A DNA stretch of 64,000 nucleotides from the human T2T-CHM13v2.0 reference genome, Homo sapiens. Shown here piece after piece: positions 29,433 through 42,286 of the stretch (positions are counted from its first letter, which is position 1; every line of letters begins with the position of its first letter). The translations under genes were made by a program, and so were the position numbers. The stretch lies in NCBI RefSeq assembly GCF_009914755.1, contig NC_060944.1; one strand, given 5' to 3'. The notes under the pieces were generated by a model. The model ran no database searches, was not told the DNA's origin, and worked only from the letters and a program-made list of their open reading frames with translations.

Positions 29433-29653
29433 ATGGCAAGAAGAAGGGTGATGGAGGTGGCGCCAGCGGCGGCGGCGGCGGTGGTGGTGGCAGCGGTGGC
29501 GGTGGCAGTGGTGGTGGCGGTGGCGGTGGCAGCAGCCGGCCACCAGCCCCCCAAGAGAACACAACTTCTGAGGCAGGCCTGCCCCAGGGGGAAGCACGGA
29601 CCCGAGACGACGGCGATGAGGAAGGGCTCCTGACACACAGCGAGGAAGAGCTG
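29433..29653 (+). CDS. RALY: RALY coding exon 6 (Gly-rich region and acidic tail)
   Basis: tcaag|ATGG ... CTG|gtgagg; 221 nt; DGKKKGDGGGASGGGGGGGGSGGGGSGGGGGGGSSRPP...EEEL. Confidence 0.96.
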
Positions 29654-30912
29654 GTGAGGGCCTGGCCAGGGGCACGACTGGGACTCGACTGTGCTCCTAC
29701 TCTCAGGAGGCCAACAGGGGAATGGGCAGCCTGAGCTGGTTGCCCCCACTGTGAACTTCCTGTTCTCTCCTTCCCAGGGGTTCTGGTCCTGGGGGAAAGA
29801 GGGAAGAATGAGCAGGGGGCACTTGCCTATCTCAGACACCATCAGAAGTCCCACTGAGGCCTAGGGCAGACCTCCCCCAAATGCGGGCACATTCTGGCCT
29901 CCGGTTTCCACATGAGTTGGAGAATGGGAGATTCGGACATAAGGGAGCACACACGGCCTGCAGAGCTTCAGAGCAGGGCTGGGGTGGCTTGTGGAGGCCA
30001 CAGCCAGGAGGTGGGTTTTTCTAAAAGCCATTGCTGCTTAAGCATGAAGCAAAAGCTGTCTCATAAGGGGGTGAGCTCCCCGCCTGTTACTAGAACTATT
30101 CAGGCTGAGGCCGGCAGGCCATTTGACAAGGAGCTTATGTTGAGTGGGAGGGTGGACCAAACTCTGAGTCTGTGGGATATGGGTTGTACACTTGCTGCTC
30201 ATTTACTTAATGAGCTCTCATTGAGCACCAAGACCCAGATCATACTCTCTAACTTCACATAACCTTAACAAGAGCCCTGTACTATGCAGAGTATTCTGTT
30301 CCCACATTTTACCCTGTGAGGAAATCGAGGCTCAGAAAGGCTGAGTGGCGTGCTCAGGGCATCAGCTCGTAGGGACTGAGCCAGGGTTGGAGTCCAGACT
30401 GACTTGCTGGATCTGCAGCTTTCTCCTTTTCAGCACTGCTGGGTTCTATCGTGAGAACAGATGGGCTCATGGCCATGACGGTTAGGAGGTCTGCCTTATG
30501 CTAGCTCATCTCTCCTTTGAGCGTAGCCTGATCCTTCATCTTATTTTCTCAGGCATAGCAGTGTCCATAAAGGCCCTAACAAAGACTTGGATGCCCCCAG
30601 AGATGGGGAGCTCACCAGTCTATAAGGCTTTCAGCCTTCTCCAGTGCAGGCTCTCTGCACAGAAATGGGGCTCCTGCCACTCCCAGAACACCCTTCACTG
30701 GCCTGTGTGGGGTCCTCAGACCACCCTTCCAAGTTCCCAAGCCAGCTTTGTTGGCTGGTCCCATAGTCATTCCCCTTGGCTGTTCCTGCGTCTTCTGACT
30801 GTGTCCTCTAGATGCCCTCTGGACCATGAAGTTTTTCTGGACAAATGGCTCAGGGCAGGACTCAGAGCTGGCAATGAGTGATGTGTGGTCTCTCTTACCT
30901 CCTCCCTATCAG

Positions 30913-30957
30913 GAACACAGCCAGGACACAGACGCGGATGATGGGGCCTTGCAGTAA
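30913..30957 (+). CDS. RALY: RALY last coding exon (EHSQDTDADDGALQ*)
   Basis: atcag|GAAC; TAA at 30955-30957; exon continues 4 nt to donor GCAG|gtacag at 30961; total CDS 924 nt. Confidence 0.96.
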   Translation, partial: EHSQDTDADDGALQ

Positions 30958-32648
30958 GCAGGTACAGGGGTCCTGTCCTGATGGGCAGAGGGTGGGGAAT
31001 CAGTGAAGTGGAGGTTGTGCCTTTTCCCTGGATTGGGCAGGAAGTGTCACGAAGCATACCTGGCCAAGTAGCACTGACTATACCCAAGAATGAAGTCCCC
31101 TCCATATCTAGCCATCCCGTCACACCCCTTCATGCTTGGGGCTTGCCATGCTGAGGAAGCAGGTGCCGTAGATGGGCCAGGCGGGCCCACCTAGCAAGGG
31201 TTCCTTCCCTCAGCACACTCAGCCATGTTGCCTGTCTCTGCCCTTGAGGAGCTCCTAGTCTGGTAGAGGAAGACATAAGCCATTACCACCTAGTGTGAGC
31301 AGGATAACAATAGAGCGAGGCCAGGTCATGGAAGAGATGATGTGTAGCTGAGCCTGCTAGTGATTGAGGGAGCAATGTTCCACACCAGGGGAATGGCCTT
31401 AGCCATACAGAGCTGTGACAGTCCTTGGTATGTGGTGAGGCCAAGAGCCTCCTGTGGCTGCAGTGCCCCCCTAGTTGGTAGAGGACTCTGCTTATTGTCA
31501 GAGGGTGATGATTGTGAAGGGCCGTATGTGTCAGGCTTAGGGGCTGGGATTTGATTCTTTCATGGGGAGGAAATGCCCTGTGTGACAGGAGCTGCACCTG
31601 CTTTCTCTGAGTTCATCTTCAATCCCACAAGCTGATGATTGTACCAATATAATAGATGTGGAAACAGACACTAAAGGGTGCAGGGAGATAAGGTAGTAGT
31701 TGGTGGAGCCTGGATTTCAGCCCAGTGGTGTGTGGCTTCAAAGCCCACTCTCTGGCCACTGTTTACCATCTACTCTGCCCTACCTTAAAGGAAAGCCAGG
31801 CCACACCTGGCTGTGCCTACTACTCTCTGACCCATTCCCTTGGGGTGGCTTGGGTGGAGGAAGGTCTCAAACACTAGTGTTTCCAGGGAGGTGTCTGGAC
31901 AGATGACACATTTATGCTGTAGTAAGATATCCCACCAGCAAAGGCTTCCAGAAGAGCTTTAGAAAATTGTACATATGCAGTCTTCTTTTGGAACTTCTTG
32001 GTTTGTTTTGCCTGGGATGCAAACAAACCTCCATATCCAGCCATCCTGCTACACCCCTTTGTGCCTGGTGCTTTCCAAAGCTTGTTAAAATAGTTCACAG
32101 GTGAGTTATATGGGCTCAGGTGAGGAAATGGAGGTTCAGAGAGCGGGTGAGACTTGCCCAAGGTTACATGGCCAGGAAATTATGAGGCCACAGCCAGAGT
32201 GCAAGAATATCTCTGTCTCCAGACATCATTCCACCCTTTCTTCCCTGCCCCTTTTATCAGCAACAGGGTCTCTTCCTCTCAGCCTTAGTCTCTTCTTTCT
32301 CTCTCTCTCTTTCTCAGCCTGACAGGAGCAATGGCCACCAGCAGGTGAAGGGCATCGCTGCCCCAGGCCTCAAGCCGGGCACCCAACCCTGGATGCCACC
32401 CCCCAGCGGGTACCAGAGGAAAGCTGGCAGCAGGCGCCTCCTCCCCCAACGCATCCCAGCCAGTGCCATGTCCTCTGCAGGTGGAGTTACTGGCCTACTC
32501 CTTCCCCATGAGCCCTCCCTGTCTGCACTGCCCAGGCCAGAGGGTAGAGCACAGGGGTTTCCCCATACTACCTCCCCTCCCCAGGACACTCCCAGGCTTG
32601 GGTTTTTTCTATAGGTTTGGCGGGGGGCCACAGGGAGGGGACCCTGAC

Positions 32649-32654
32649 AATAAA
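32649..32654 (+). terminator. Proximal RALY polyadenylation signal AATAAA
   Basis: AATAAA followed by a GT/T-rich downstream element (ggtttgtgttttc ~32688-32700). Confidence 0.85.
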
Positions 32655-35519
32655 GAGATTGGATCCCAACCTGTTCTGAGATGGGATGGTTTGTGTTTTC
32701 TCATGAAGATATCCCGGCCCCTCTGCCAACCAAAAAGCTGGTCTAGGGTGCCTAATACTGATCCATCTGGACCTTAGTGTCCTCAGTGGTGATTAAAATG
32801 GCCAGTGGGGCCACTGGGGAGGGTTGGATATGCTGGCCCATGAGCGTCTTGCTGGCTGAAGTGTCAAGCAGTTGTGACCCACTTGGTTTACCCCATAGTA
32901 GGTCAAGACCTTATCTCTTTCCCCAGCTTCTAAGTCTGGTCTTTCCCAGCTCTTAAAAGGATTCTAGAGTCTGCCAGTCTCTACCTTCTCTCTTCTGGCT
33001 TAGGACACTATAATTTTTTCATTTGGACGTTGTCCTCCCACCAGCCTCCCAGTCTTCTGCCTCTGCCCTGTACCATCTCCCAGCAGCCACGCAGTCTTTC
33101 TGAAACGTATCCCTTCCCTGCCTAAAATCCCTTTACTGACTCTTCATCATCAGGACAAAACCCTACCTCCTGAATGTGGGGTGTAAGATCCTGCTTACTC
33201 CAGCCTCTCCTGTTTCTTGTCACCACCCCTTTCCTGCCCCTGACACAAACCCTACATCTCAGTCTCACAAAACACACAAGTTCTTCACACTCCGGGCAGG
33301 TTTGGTAGCAAGGAATAGAGCGTACTCCAGTGACAGCAATCAGTAGGAAGTTTGCATCCGGAGACACGCAGCCTGTCTGCCCCTGTCTTGGGCCACCCGT
33401 CTAGACATTTGTTCTCTAACAATCAGCCGGGTTCCTTCAAACGTGTGCTGCTTATACATGCTCATTGTGTACTGCTAATGTCACCTCCTTCCCCCTTCAT
33501 TCCCCACAATGAATGGATCCATTTTCCCCATGTTCAAGTTCCCAAGAGAGAATCGACTGCCACTGTAATTTTTTTTCCTAATCACTCATAGGTTACAAGT
33601 ACCTACCCTGGTCCAGTGAACTGCGGGATTCATATGTGGCCACTTAGGCTGGTCTCGTTGGTATGGAGCTGTGGGAGGGCAGCACCCAGAAATAGGCTTT
33701 GTTCCAGGCCTGGCACGTACTCCTCCTGCTCCTACTTTCTCTACCTGGGAAATAGCCGCTCAGGACGAAGCTGCTGCTGTGGTGTCGCCACCTCTGAGAA
33801 GTCTCCCAGACCCTCCGACTGCTCTTTAATTGCCTGTTCTCTCCTCTGGAAGCCTTCCCCCAACACAGAAAAATTCAATCCCATCATCAAAAAGGGCTTT
33901 AGGTTTTCCCTCCATCTTTACGTGTTGATCAAAGTTTGCAGATCTGCTGGAATCCTTATTGAAAACTCCCCATTTCAAACCAACCCGGTCTACAGCCTCC
34001 AGGGAAGCTTCCTCCTGGGCTTTGGCTCCATGTTTTGGTAGAGGGTGGAGGCTTTGGGCAGTGCTCAAACTCCACCGGGAAGTCTCTCTCACTGAGCAGC
34101 CCTCCTGCCTGTCATCCTGGGCAGGCGAGCACTCTGAGGCCCCAGTGTAGCTCTGTGCTTTGATATTCCCAAGCTCTGCTGGGGCCTGACTAGGCCAGCC
34201 CCAAGGTGGCCAGAGTTCTGGCTTCATACCTGAGCCAAAAGCCCCAATCCATGCTTGGCCATTGCCTGAGTATTAGCTGCCCCAGGGGGATCACGGTCCC
34301 CATATATTTGCTTGCCATGGACCCTGGGCAGCAGGGAGAGAGTAGAGATTTGTCAAGAGCCCATGGTGGAGGCTGAGGCCCTGAGGCCATGAGATGCAGG
34401 CATGGGGTGAGAAACAGGCCCCTTGGAATTGGGCTGGGCCTTGGCCCAGCTTAGTCAAATCAAAAGGCTTCTATTTGGAGAGCTGAAGAGGGTGTACAGA
34501 GGAAGGGGCTAGGTCTGCAAGGAGTGCCTCATCTCCCTGAAGAGCTCTCAGTGGAACATACTTCACCCATCCATGTACCCACATCTTTCCTTGCCCAGAA
34601 GGCGAGAGCCAGCTATAACAGACCCATTTCAATACCCTGGCAAGTCATTACTGCCCTTAGCTCTTGGTGTCCCCATCTGTGAAACATGGGGGACAGCTGC
34701 TAGCCTGGATTGGAACTTGGGCAAAGTCCAAAGAATGGGATTTAGAGCTGAATGAACCTCACACTGAGGGCACAATAGCACTAGGCACTGCCCCCAGAGC
34801 CTAGTGCTATATGCCTGCTGCAGGTCCTACCCAAGCATGCTTTACTGAGGAACTCAACGTTTCAGAGCTTGAGGGTCAGGTTGATCATGGGCTTGTGACC
34901 ATAGGCTTCCTTAGTATGCCAGGCTTGGAGAACCGTGAGAAAAGCAGGGAAGATACCTTCAAGGGTAGCAGGCATCAGCTCTACTCACCTTGGCCCATAA
35001 GGCTTTGCCTGGTCATGCTGGCACCGGGTCATATGCTGGACAGGGAGAACGAGAGTCCCATCCTGGAACTCCAGAAAAGCCCCTGGATGCTCCAGCCCCT
35101 GGGAAAGCACACAGCCAGGCCCTTGGGTGGGAGGTTGGCTTCTAACAGTGCATACACATGCCCTTCCTCTGAGTCGGGGCAGCAAAAACATCCATTCCGC
35201 TGCGCAACAGTTGTCATTTTTCTAACATCTGAAAACTCCAGAAGGAGATGGTGATAAATGTGGTACCGGATTCTGCCTAAAGGATCAGTCTTTAGATGTT
35301 TTCAGATTGAAAGCCTCATTTGTGATCCTCACAGCCATCTTGAAAGAATAGAGCAGCCAGTGGGTATACTGGATTGTGAGCTAAGAGGCCTGGGACTTTC
35401 CCCCTGTTGCTGCCAGCCAGGTTGATGACCCTGGGCAAGTCTTTTTCCTTACCAGGTCTCAGTTTCCTCAGCTGTAAAATGAGAGGTTGATCTGGATCAG
35501 GGATAGTAAATGGGCCTTT

Positions 35520-35940
35520 GTTCAGTTACTGACTGTTGTATAACAAACCACCCCCAAATTTAGTAGCCTTAATAAACATTTATTAGCTCCTGAGTGAGTG
35601 GCTTGGCAGTTTGGGCTGTGTTCAGTGTGGTGGTTCTTATCTCATCTGGGCCCTCGTGTGGCTGAAGTGAGCTGGCAGATCAGCTGGGGACTGGCTGGTC
35701 TCAGATGGCCTCGCCCGCCTGTCAGGTGGTTGGCTGGGCAACTGGGCCACACGTTCCAGCATCTAGCAGGCTGACCCAGGATTCTAGACATCATGGCTGA
35801 GTTCCAAAAACCGCAAGAGAAGACAAGCCCAGTATGCGAGTGCTCTTGAGGATATTGCTATGACGTATCTTTTGGCCAAAGTAAGTCACATGGCTAAGCC
35901 CAAATTCTTCTTAACAGGAGGAGCTTCAAAATATGGCCAT
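35520..35940 (-). mobile_element. MLT1-type MaLR LTR
   Basis: tgttgtataacaaaccacccccaaatttagtagcctt ... ttggccaaagtaagtcacatggctaagccca. Confidence 0.7.
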
Positions 35941-36579
35941 ATTTAAAAAATCTACCTCAGGACTCATTTCACTTGCCAACTCAGAACTTTTAGTAGCAGC
36001 TGCCTGGAGTGCCTTTTGAGGATCTGCAGCAATTTTCAGACTGTTTGGAAATACTGACATGATAGTTTGGCAGTTTCTCTTATGAGCATGGAATTCAAGT
36101 GTGGGCACGTGAGCGTCAGGTATTTGCCATCCCTGGCCAGGTTGACCCGTAAGGTCATAACCTGCCCCATAGGATGTTATATGCAGTAGGCCTGTCTGAC
36201 AAGACCACAGAAATAGAGAAGGCAAAGCAGAGCAAAAGATTCTGAGCCAGGCATCCTTGGTTTTCATCCCAACCAGATCATTGATTGATTGAGGTTTTAG
36301 GCAAATCAAAATCCCTCCACCAGTAGCCAGATTCTTCATAATAAACTTCCTCCATAACAGTAAACCATTTCCTGAACACCTGCTGTTAAAAAGCACATTT
36401 TACATTTACTTAATCTCCACAACCACCCTCAGTAGGTGTAGTAAGGACTTCTGGTTACAAGTTACAGAAACTGAATTCAGTCCTGCTTAGTGGGAGGAAG
36501 TTTATTGGCTCACAAATTGTAAAGTCCAGGGATCTTCAGACATGGGGACTTGGGTTCAAAAGCTGCCATCGAGAATCCG

Positions 36580-36740
36580 GTTAGCCAGGCATGGTGACAC
36601 GTGCCTGTAGTCCCCGCTACTTGGGGGACTACAGTGGGAGATCATTTGCACCTAGGAGGTTAATGCTGCGGTGAGCCATGATCCTGCCGCTGCACTCCAG
36701 CCTGGGTGACAAAGCGAGACCCCAACTCAAGGGGAAAAAA
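36580..36740 (+). mobile_element. Alu right monomer (FRAM-like)
   Basis: Right-arm sequence only. Confidence 0.82.
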
Positions 36741-36864
36741 TCTGGTTTTCGGGCAGGTTCCAAGAAGTGGTAGAGCATGGCCATAGGGCCTGTGAGAATA
36801 GAGGGACAGAGGGGAGAATCCCCAAAAGGAGAGCAAGGCTTGGCTAACAAAAACAGGCATCCAC

Positions 36865-37332
36865 TGTGTGGTTATGTCTATTCTATAGATTTTGTAGATG
36901 AGGTTTAAAAGCATGGCCCCAAGTAAAGGTGGCATCTCTATCCTATCCTCGCCTTTATCTAAACTCTGTGACCGATCAATAGCATATGATGGTGGTGGTG
37001 CTCTGCCAGTCTCCCAGTCCCAGACTGAAGCACTAGCAGCTTCCACTTATTATCTCTTGGGACTCTAGCTCTTGGGACCCAACCACCATGCTGTGAAGCA
37101 GCCCAGGCCACACAGAGAGGCCACGTGTACATGTTCAGCTGACAGCAGTATCAAATGTCAGACATGAGAGAGGAAGGCTTCAAGATGACTCCAGCCCAGC
37201 CACCGTCTGAGAACAAAGTAAGAACTGCCTCACTGATGCCATTCAAAGCCCAGCACCATGAGAGATAATAAAACGTTGTTTGAAGATGCTAACTTTTGGA
37301 GTGATTTGTTGTATCAGTAGATAACCAGGACA
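36865..37332 (+). mobile_element. MLT1-type MaLR LTR
   Basis: ccaccatgctgtgaagcagccc...; 3' end ataataaaacgttgtttg...tttgttgtatcagtagataaccaggaca. Confidence 0.75.
37267..37272 (+). terminator. Distal RALY polyadenylation signal AATAAA inside an MLT1 LTR
   Basis: AATAAA at the canonical LTR position with GT-rich downstream sequence. Confidence 0.55.
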
Positions 37333-37399
37333 CAGGCCCACAGAGGTTCAGTAGCTTGCTGTGCTTCTCAGGGGGCTAGGTTAAGAGTATAGGTTTTGT

Positions 37400-37713
<314 letters not shown>

Positions 37714-38389
37714 CTACCCTCTTTTCTATGTACTTGCTCCCTGGATGACTTCATCCGTGGCTTCAGACTCCACTCATGGCTCCATAATCTTCACCTCTAA
37801 CTCATTTTCCTCCCAAGAACACCAGGGGAGTAGGTACAGATGCCCATCTAATAACTGTACTTCGATGTCCACAAGGACCTGTCCAGCCCCCACTTGCCCG
37901 TGTCAACCTCCTCCACTGCTCCATTAATTTTTCCCTCTGTGTTAATTTTTCCCTGGTTATCTTAGGTCCTTTCTGTGTCTTAATTGGACTTTTGCAGTAA
38001 CCTCTAACTAGGCTCCCTGCTGCTCTTCCTACTCGGCTATCCGTTTTATCACCATCCCATTGGGTAAGATCCACACCCCTTAGCATGACATCCTAAGATG
38101 TCCAAGATATGACTGACCCCTTCTCAACACCTCCCCTCCCGTAATCTGCCTCCTCCATGTCTCAAGCCACGTGGAATAAATTGTGGAAAGACCTGTGCTG
38201 TCTGGCTTGTGCCTTTACACATGCTGTTATCTCTACCTCAAATGCTGTCTTCCCCCACTGGCTAACCCTTGTTATCCTTTATAACAGCTCAGAAGTTGCC
38301 TGCTCAAAGACACTTTCTTGGCCTGAATTAGAACTGCCCTCTCACGTGCTACTTCCATCACAGATCTTACCATCTATTATATTATTACA

Positions 38390-38415
38390 TACACACACAC
38401 ACACACACACACACA
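38390..38415. repeat. (AC)n microsatellite
   Basis: Direct reading. Confidence 0.9.
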
Positions 38416-38424
38416 TAAAATGTA

Positions 38425-38645
38425 TTTTGAGATCAGGGTCTCACCCAGGTTGGAATGCAGTGGCACAATCTCTCGGCTCACTGCAACCTCTGTCTCCCAG
38501 GCTCAAGCAGTCCTCCCACCCCAGCCTCCTGAGTAGCTGAGACAACAGGCATGTGCCACCATACCTGCCTAATTTTTTTGTATTTTTGGTACAGATGGGG
38601 TTTCACCATGTTGCCCAGGCTGGTCTTGAATTCCTGAGCTCAGGA
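38425..38645 (-). mobile_element. Alu, 5'-truncated
   Basis: Antisense partial dimer. Confidence 0.85.
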
Positions 38646-39599
38646 AATTCTGATCCTGAAATTCCAGCCCAATAAAAGGAAAATAGTTCTATGTGCCAGG
38701 CAGGCCTGGGTTAAACATACTATCTTACCATTACCTCTTTAAAGTGGACATTTTCCCACTTTACAGCTGAGAATACAGGATAATAATCAGTGGCATTTGG
38801 GGACTGCCAATGTGGACTGTTCAAAGACCATGCTCAGCATTATCAAGAATGAGCAAGCACTTGCCATTAGGGTACTGACTTAACAAACTATGGCATAATG
38901 TGGATGGACTCTTAAGTAGTCTTTTAAAATTATGAAGCCTGTAATAACTTGGAAAAATGGTCTGGATACTAAAAAGTTATATGGTGGTAGGATTATGGGA
39001 ATTTAACATTTTAAATTATAATCTCATCTTCCCAATTAAAAAAGACCACCTCACCTGCTACAAAGCCCAGCTTCTAAGAACACATTGCAAAATTTAACGT
39101 TCTGTTCAATTGCGAAGCCTCAGTATTGTCAGGGCAAAGATCCGGAAGGGGAGCCCAGGTGCGGAGCTGGGACCTCACATACCACAGCAGCACTTCTTCC
39201 AGACTGTCTGGCCCAGCACTTTTTCTGCAGAACCTATCCTATGTTTGTCAGGTGGGGGGAGAGGTGTGCAAAATTCTGCATATTTTATACTCCCTTTAAA
39301 GAAACACATTCAAATACGTATCACCTACAACTTTCTAGGCATTGCCTGCTGTCAGTATTGGGGATACATGAGTGAACAAAAGTGTCTGCCCTCAACACTT
39401 AACATTATGGTGTGCTGGAGAAACCATCTTTATAGTGGGCAGGGACCCAAGGAAGTGTGGGAGTGAGCCAGGTAGACACCTCGGGAAAAGCTTTTCAAAC
39501 TTTCCTGTAGGTGGGAGTGAGGGGCATGGAATCAAGGTTTTCTAAAAAGTAGAGCTGCAACTGCATGTTTTCTATATGCTGATGAAAATGCACAGCACT

Positions 39600-39923
<324 letters not shown>

Positions 39924-39958
39924 TCAGGCAGTTATGAAACCCACTTACTTACTCTTGA

Positions 39959-40229
<271 letters not shown>

Positions 40230-40719
40230 TACTCTGCCTTTTCTTTACCATGGAACCCCCCTCCTTTTCCTTTTCATAATTAGGAAGGGTCCTCAACGTT
40301 GTTTCCTAAGACACTTTGGAAATGATGGTCTGGTTCCCTTCCAAAACTAGAAAGGGGCTCTTGATTGCCTTTGCTTTGTCACCACATTGCAAGGTTCCTT
40401 CAGCTGAGCTGTGTTTGGTGAGAGACAGTAGAGACAGAAGAGGTTGATGCTACTGTGTCTGAGTAACATAGGGCAACCCATTATTTTTCATGGGTTTTCA
40501 ATCCAATTTAGTCAGTTATCTCAACTGGACTCTTACAGGGGCTGCATCAGTCCTGAGAATCTGCTTCAAGAATGAAGTTAAAAACGGGTTGAAATCACCA
40601 GTCTATTTGTCAACCTGTCACCAAACTGAAGAGTATCATTCCTTCTCCTAAAGGGTCCCGCTAAGTAAAGAATAACCCAAACACACATACATACACAAAA
40701 GCAATGGAGCGTTAATTAC

Positions 40720-42110
40720 ATAAGAGGCACTGATCCTTGCTTTATTCATGTAGAAATATCCAACATTGGGAATCGTGTGGGTGTAGATACAAAAAAAGGA
40801 AAATGGGGGCATAAACAGCAGTTGGGTTCATCGTGGCAGTTGGTGGCAGTTTCAGCCAGTGTGTGGGTTGAGGGCCCTCTACTGCTTTACCCATCACCCT
40901 CCACTGTTTTAGCCAAGGTGTTTGACAACACTTGGCCTGTACTTTAAGGGTCACAGTGATTAAAAACAACACAGTCAAGACATTTGGGTCTGAGTGACTG
41001 CTCCTGAGCTGCTTAGTACGAAGTCGGGCAACAAGAAAGCGAGGAGCAGCGTGTATGCCCTTATCCTCAGCAAGTGAGAACAAGGCAGATCACAGCACCG
41101 ACACAGAAGATGGCCTTCTCCCATGTGCCAGCGGAGAATCCCCTTCCAGCCAAATCCTCAGGAAGCAGAGCACCACACAAGCAGCATTTCTTGGTTTCTC
41201 ATGGTCATATTCAAAAGCGACTTTTAAATCAGAAAATAGAAAAAGCATTTGTGGTGGGTCTTTTTCAAACCCAGAACACAAGTTGGCTAGGAAAACGGAA
41301 AGCTTCCTCTGGCATCCCTGTTTGGACTCCTCCTCCTCTTGGAGGAGTTTCCTGAACCGCACACACATCGCTTCCTCACCAAGAGAGATGCTCAACTAGG
41401 ATCTTTTTTAGTGTGCCAGTTACAAGACACATTTACAGGCTATGTTTCTAAGACCTCTTAGTGGCCAACGAGGAAGGAGGGTACCTAGCACCTTGTATTC
41501 CCTCATGTGGTAACAGCTGGGGGAGGACTTGGCGGTGAGGTAGTAGCAACCATCCCCACATACGGAAAAGAATTCAAATCTATGGAGTCATTCCCTGGAC
41601 ACTGAAAACAGGCAATCCTCCTAAGTCTGGCCGTGTCTACTTTAACTATGTATCTCAAGAGAAGCAGAGAAGAAAAATGGCTGCCCAGATGAAGCGCCTG
41701 CCATTGTTCAGTTTCTCAGTCAGAGCCCGGCACACACTGTTTTATATGGTTGGTTTCTTGCTGATTTCACCAAGCACATTTATAGAAAAGAAAACTGAAG
41801 GACAAACCAAATTGAAAGAATCACTGTTATAATAACTTTAATTTATCTTGCATTTTACAGAAGTCTATGAACGATTTTAAAAAAGCACCTCCTTACCCCA
41901 TATCACGTTTCTCTGACAGGTGTTAAAGTAGGCAATGAGTATGTCAACAGCTTGAGCATCAGCGTCTTGCAAGGACTTCAGACCAACCACTCGCCAAAAA
42001 TCTTGGCAGCTTTTTTATCTTGTTTTTAATACAACGGTATATCCACTCTGATGGCAAACCTGTCCAGCCACATCTCCACAACAAGCTTTGCAAAATCAGT
42101 GATTAGCAAA
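40720..42110 (-). other. EIF2S2: EIF2S2 3' UTR with tandem poly(A) signals
   Basis: Follows the stop at 42111; minus-strand ATTAAA at 42025-42030 and 41837-41842, AATAAA at 40741-40746. Confidence 0.8.
40741..40746 (-). terminator. Distal EIF2S2 polyadenylation signal AATAAA
   Basis: TTTATT on +; downstream on - is TG-rich (complement of cacacatacatacac ~40682-40696). Confidence 0.75.
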
Positions 42111-42286
42111 TTAGTTAGCTTTGGCACGGAGCTGTGCTCGCTTGCCCGTGACAGCCTGGAAGCCGGTTTTGATACTGGCAACAGAACATCTAGAATGACA
42201 AGTTTCGCACTGTAGGAAATAGAGTCGTGTGTCCTTCTGCAGGATTGTGTCCGGTGATCGGCATGTGTGACAAGTGACATATTCCT
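42111..42286 (-). CDS. EIF2S2: EIF2S2 exon 9 (C2-C2 zinc finger CHTC...CETC; ends RAKAN*)
   Basis: ttgcag|AGGAAT acceptor; 176 nt. With a 15-nt coding part of exon 1 outside the window, the CDS totals 1002 nt (333 aa). Confidence 0.97.

Larger units (their letters stand above)
32318..37292 (+). other. RALY: RALY terminal non-coding exon / 3' UTR (short form ends ~32675, long form ~37290)
   Basis: Long CT tract ending ttctcag|CCTGAC at 32318; AATAAA at 32649 and 37267; distal end inferred. Confidence 0.75.

Noticed and set aside
29375-29854. Antisense and alternate-frame Ala/Thr/His-rich ORFs over the RALY Gly exon
   Set aside because: By-products of the stop-free GGN repeat
30498-30881. 127-aa ATG ORF with hydrophobic N-terminus in a RALY intron
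   Set aside because: Intronic, no recognisable domain or splice support; likely chance or retained-intron ORF
35571-35576. AATAAA in an antisense MLT1 LTR
   Set aside because: Wrong orientation for the LTR's native signal and weak downstream context; not called as a poly(A) site
33616-36396. 130-156 aa ORFs in the RALY long 3' UTR
   Set aside because: No domain features, many with non-ATG starts, GC-rich background
40742-41399. Overlapping ~100-aa ORFs in the EIF2S2 3' UTR
   Set aside because: No homology recognised; lengths expected by chance
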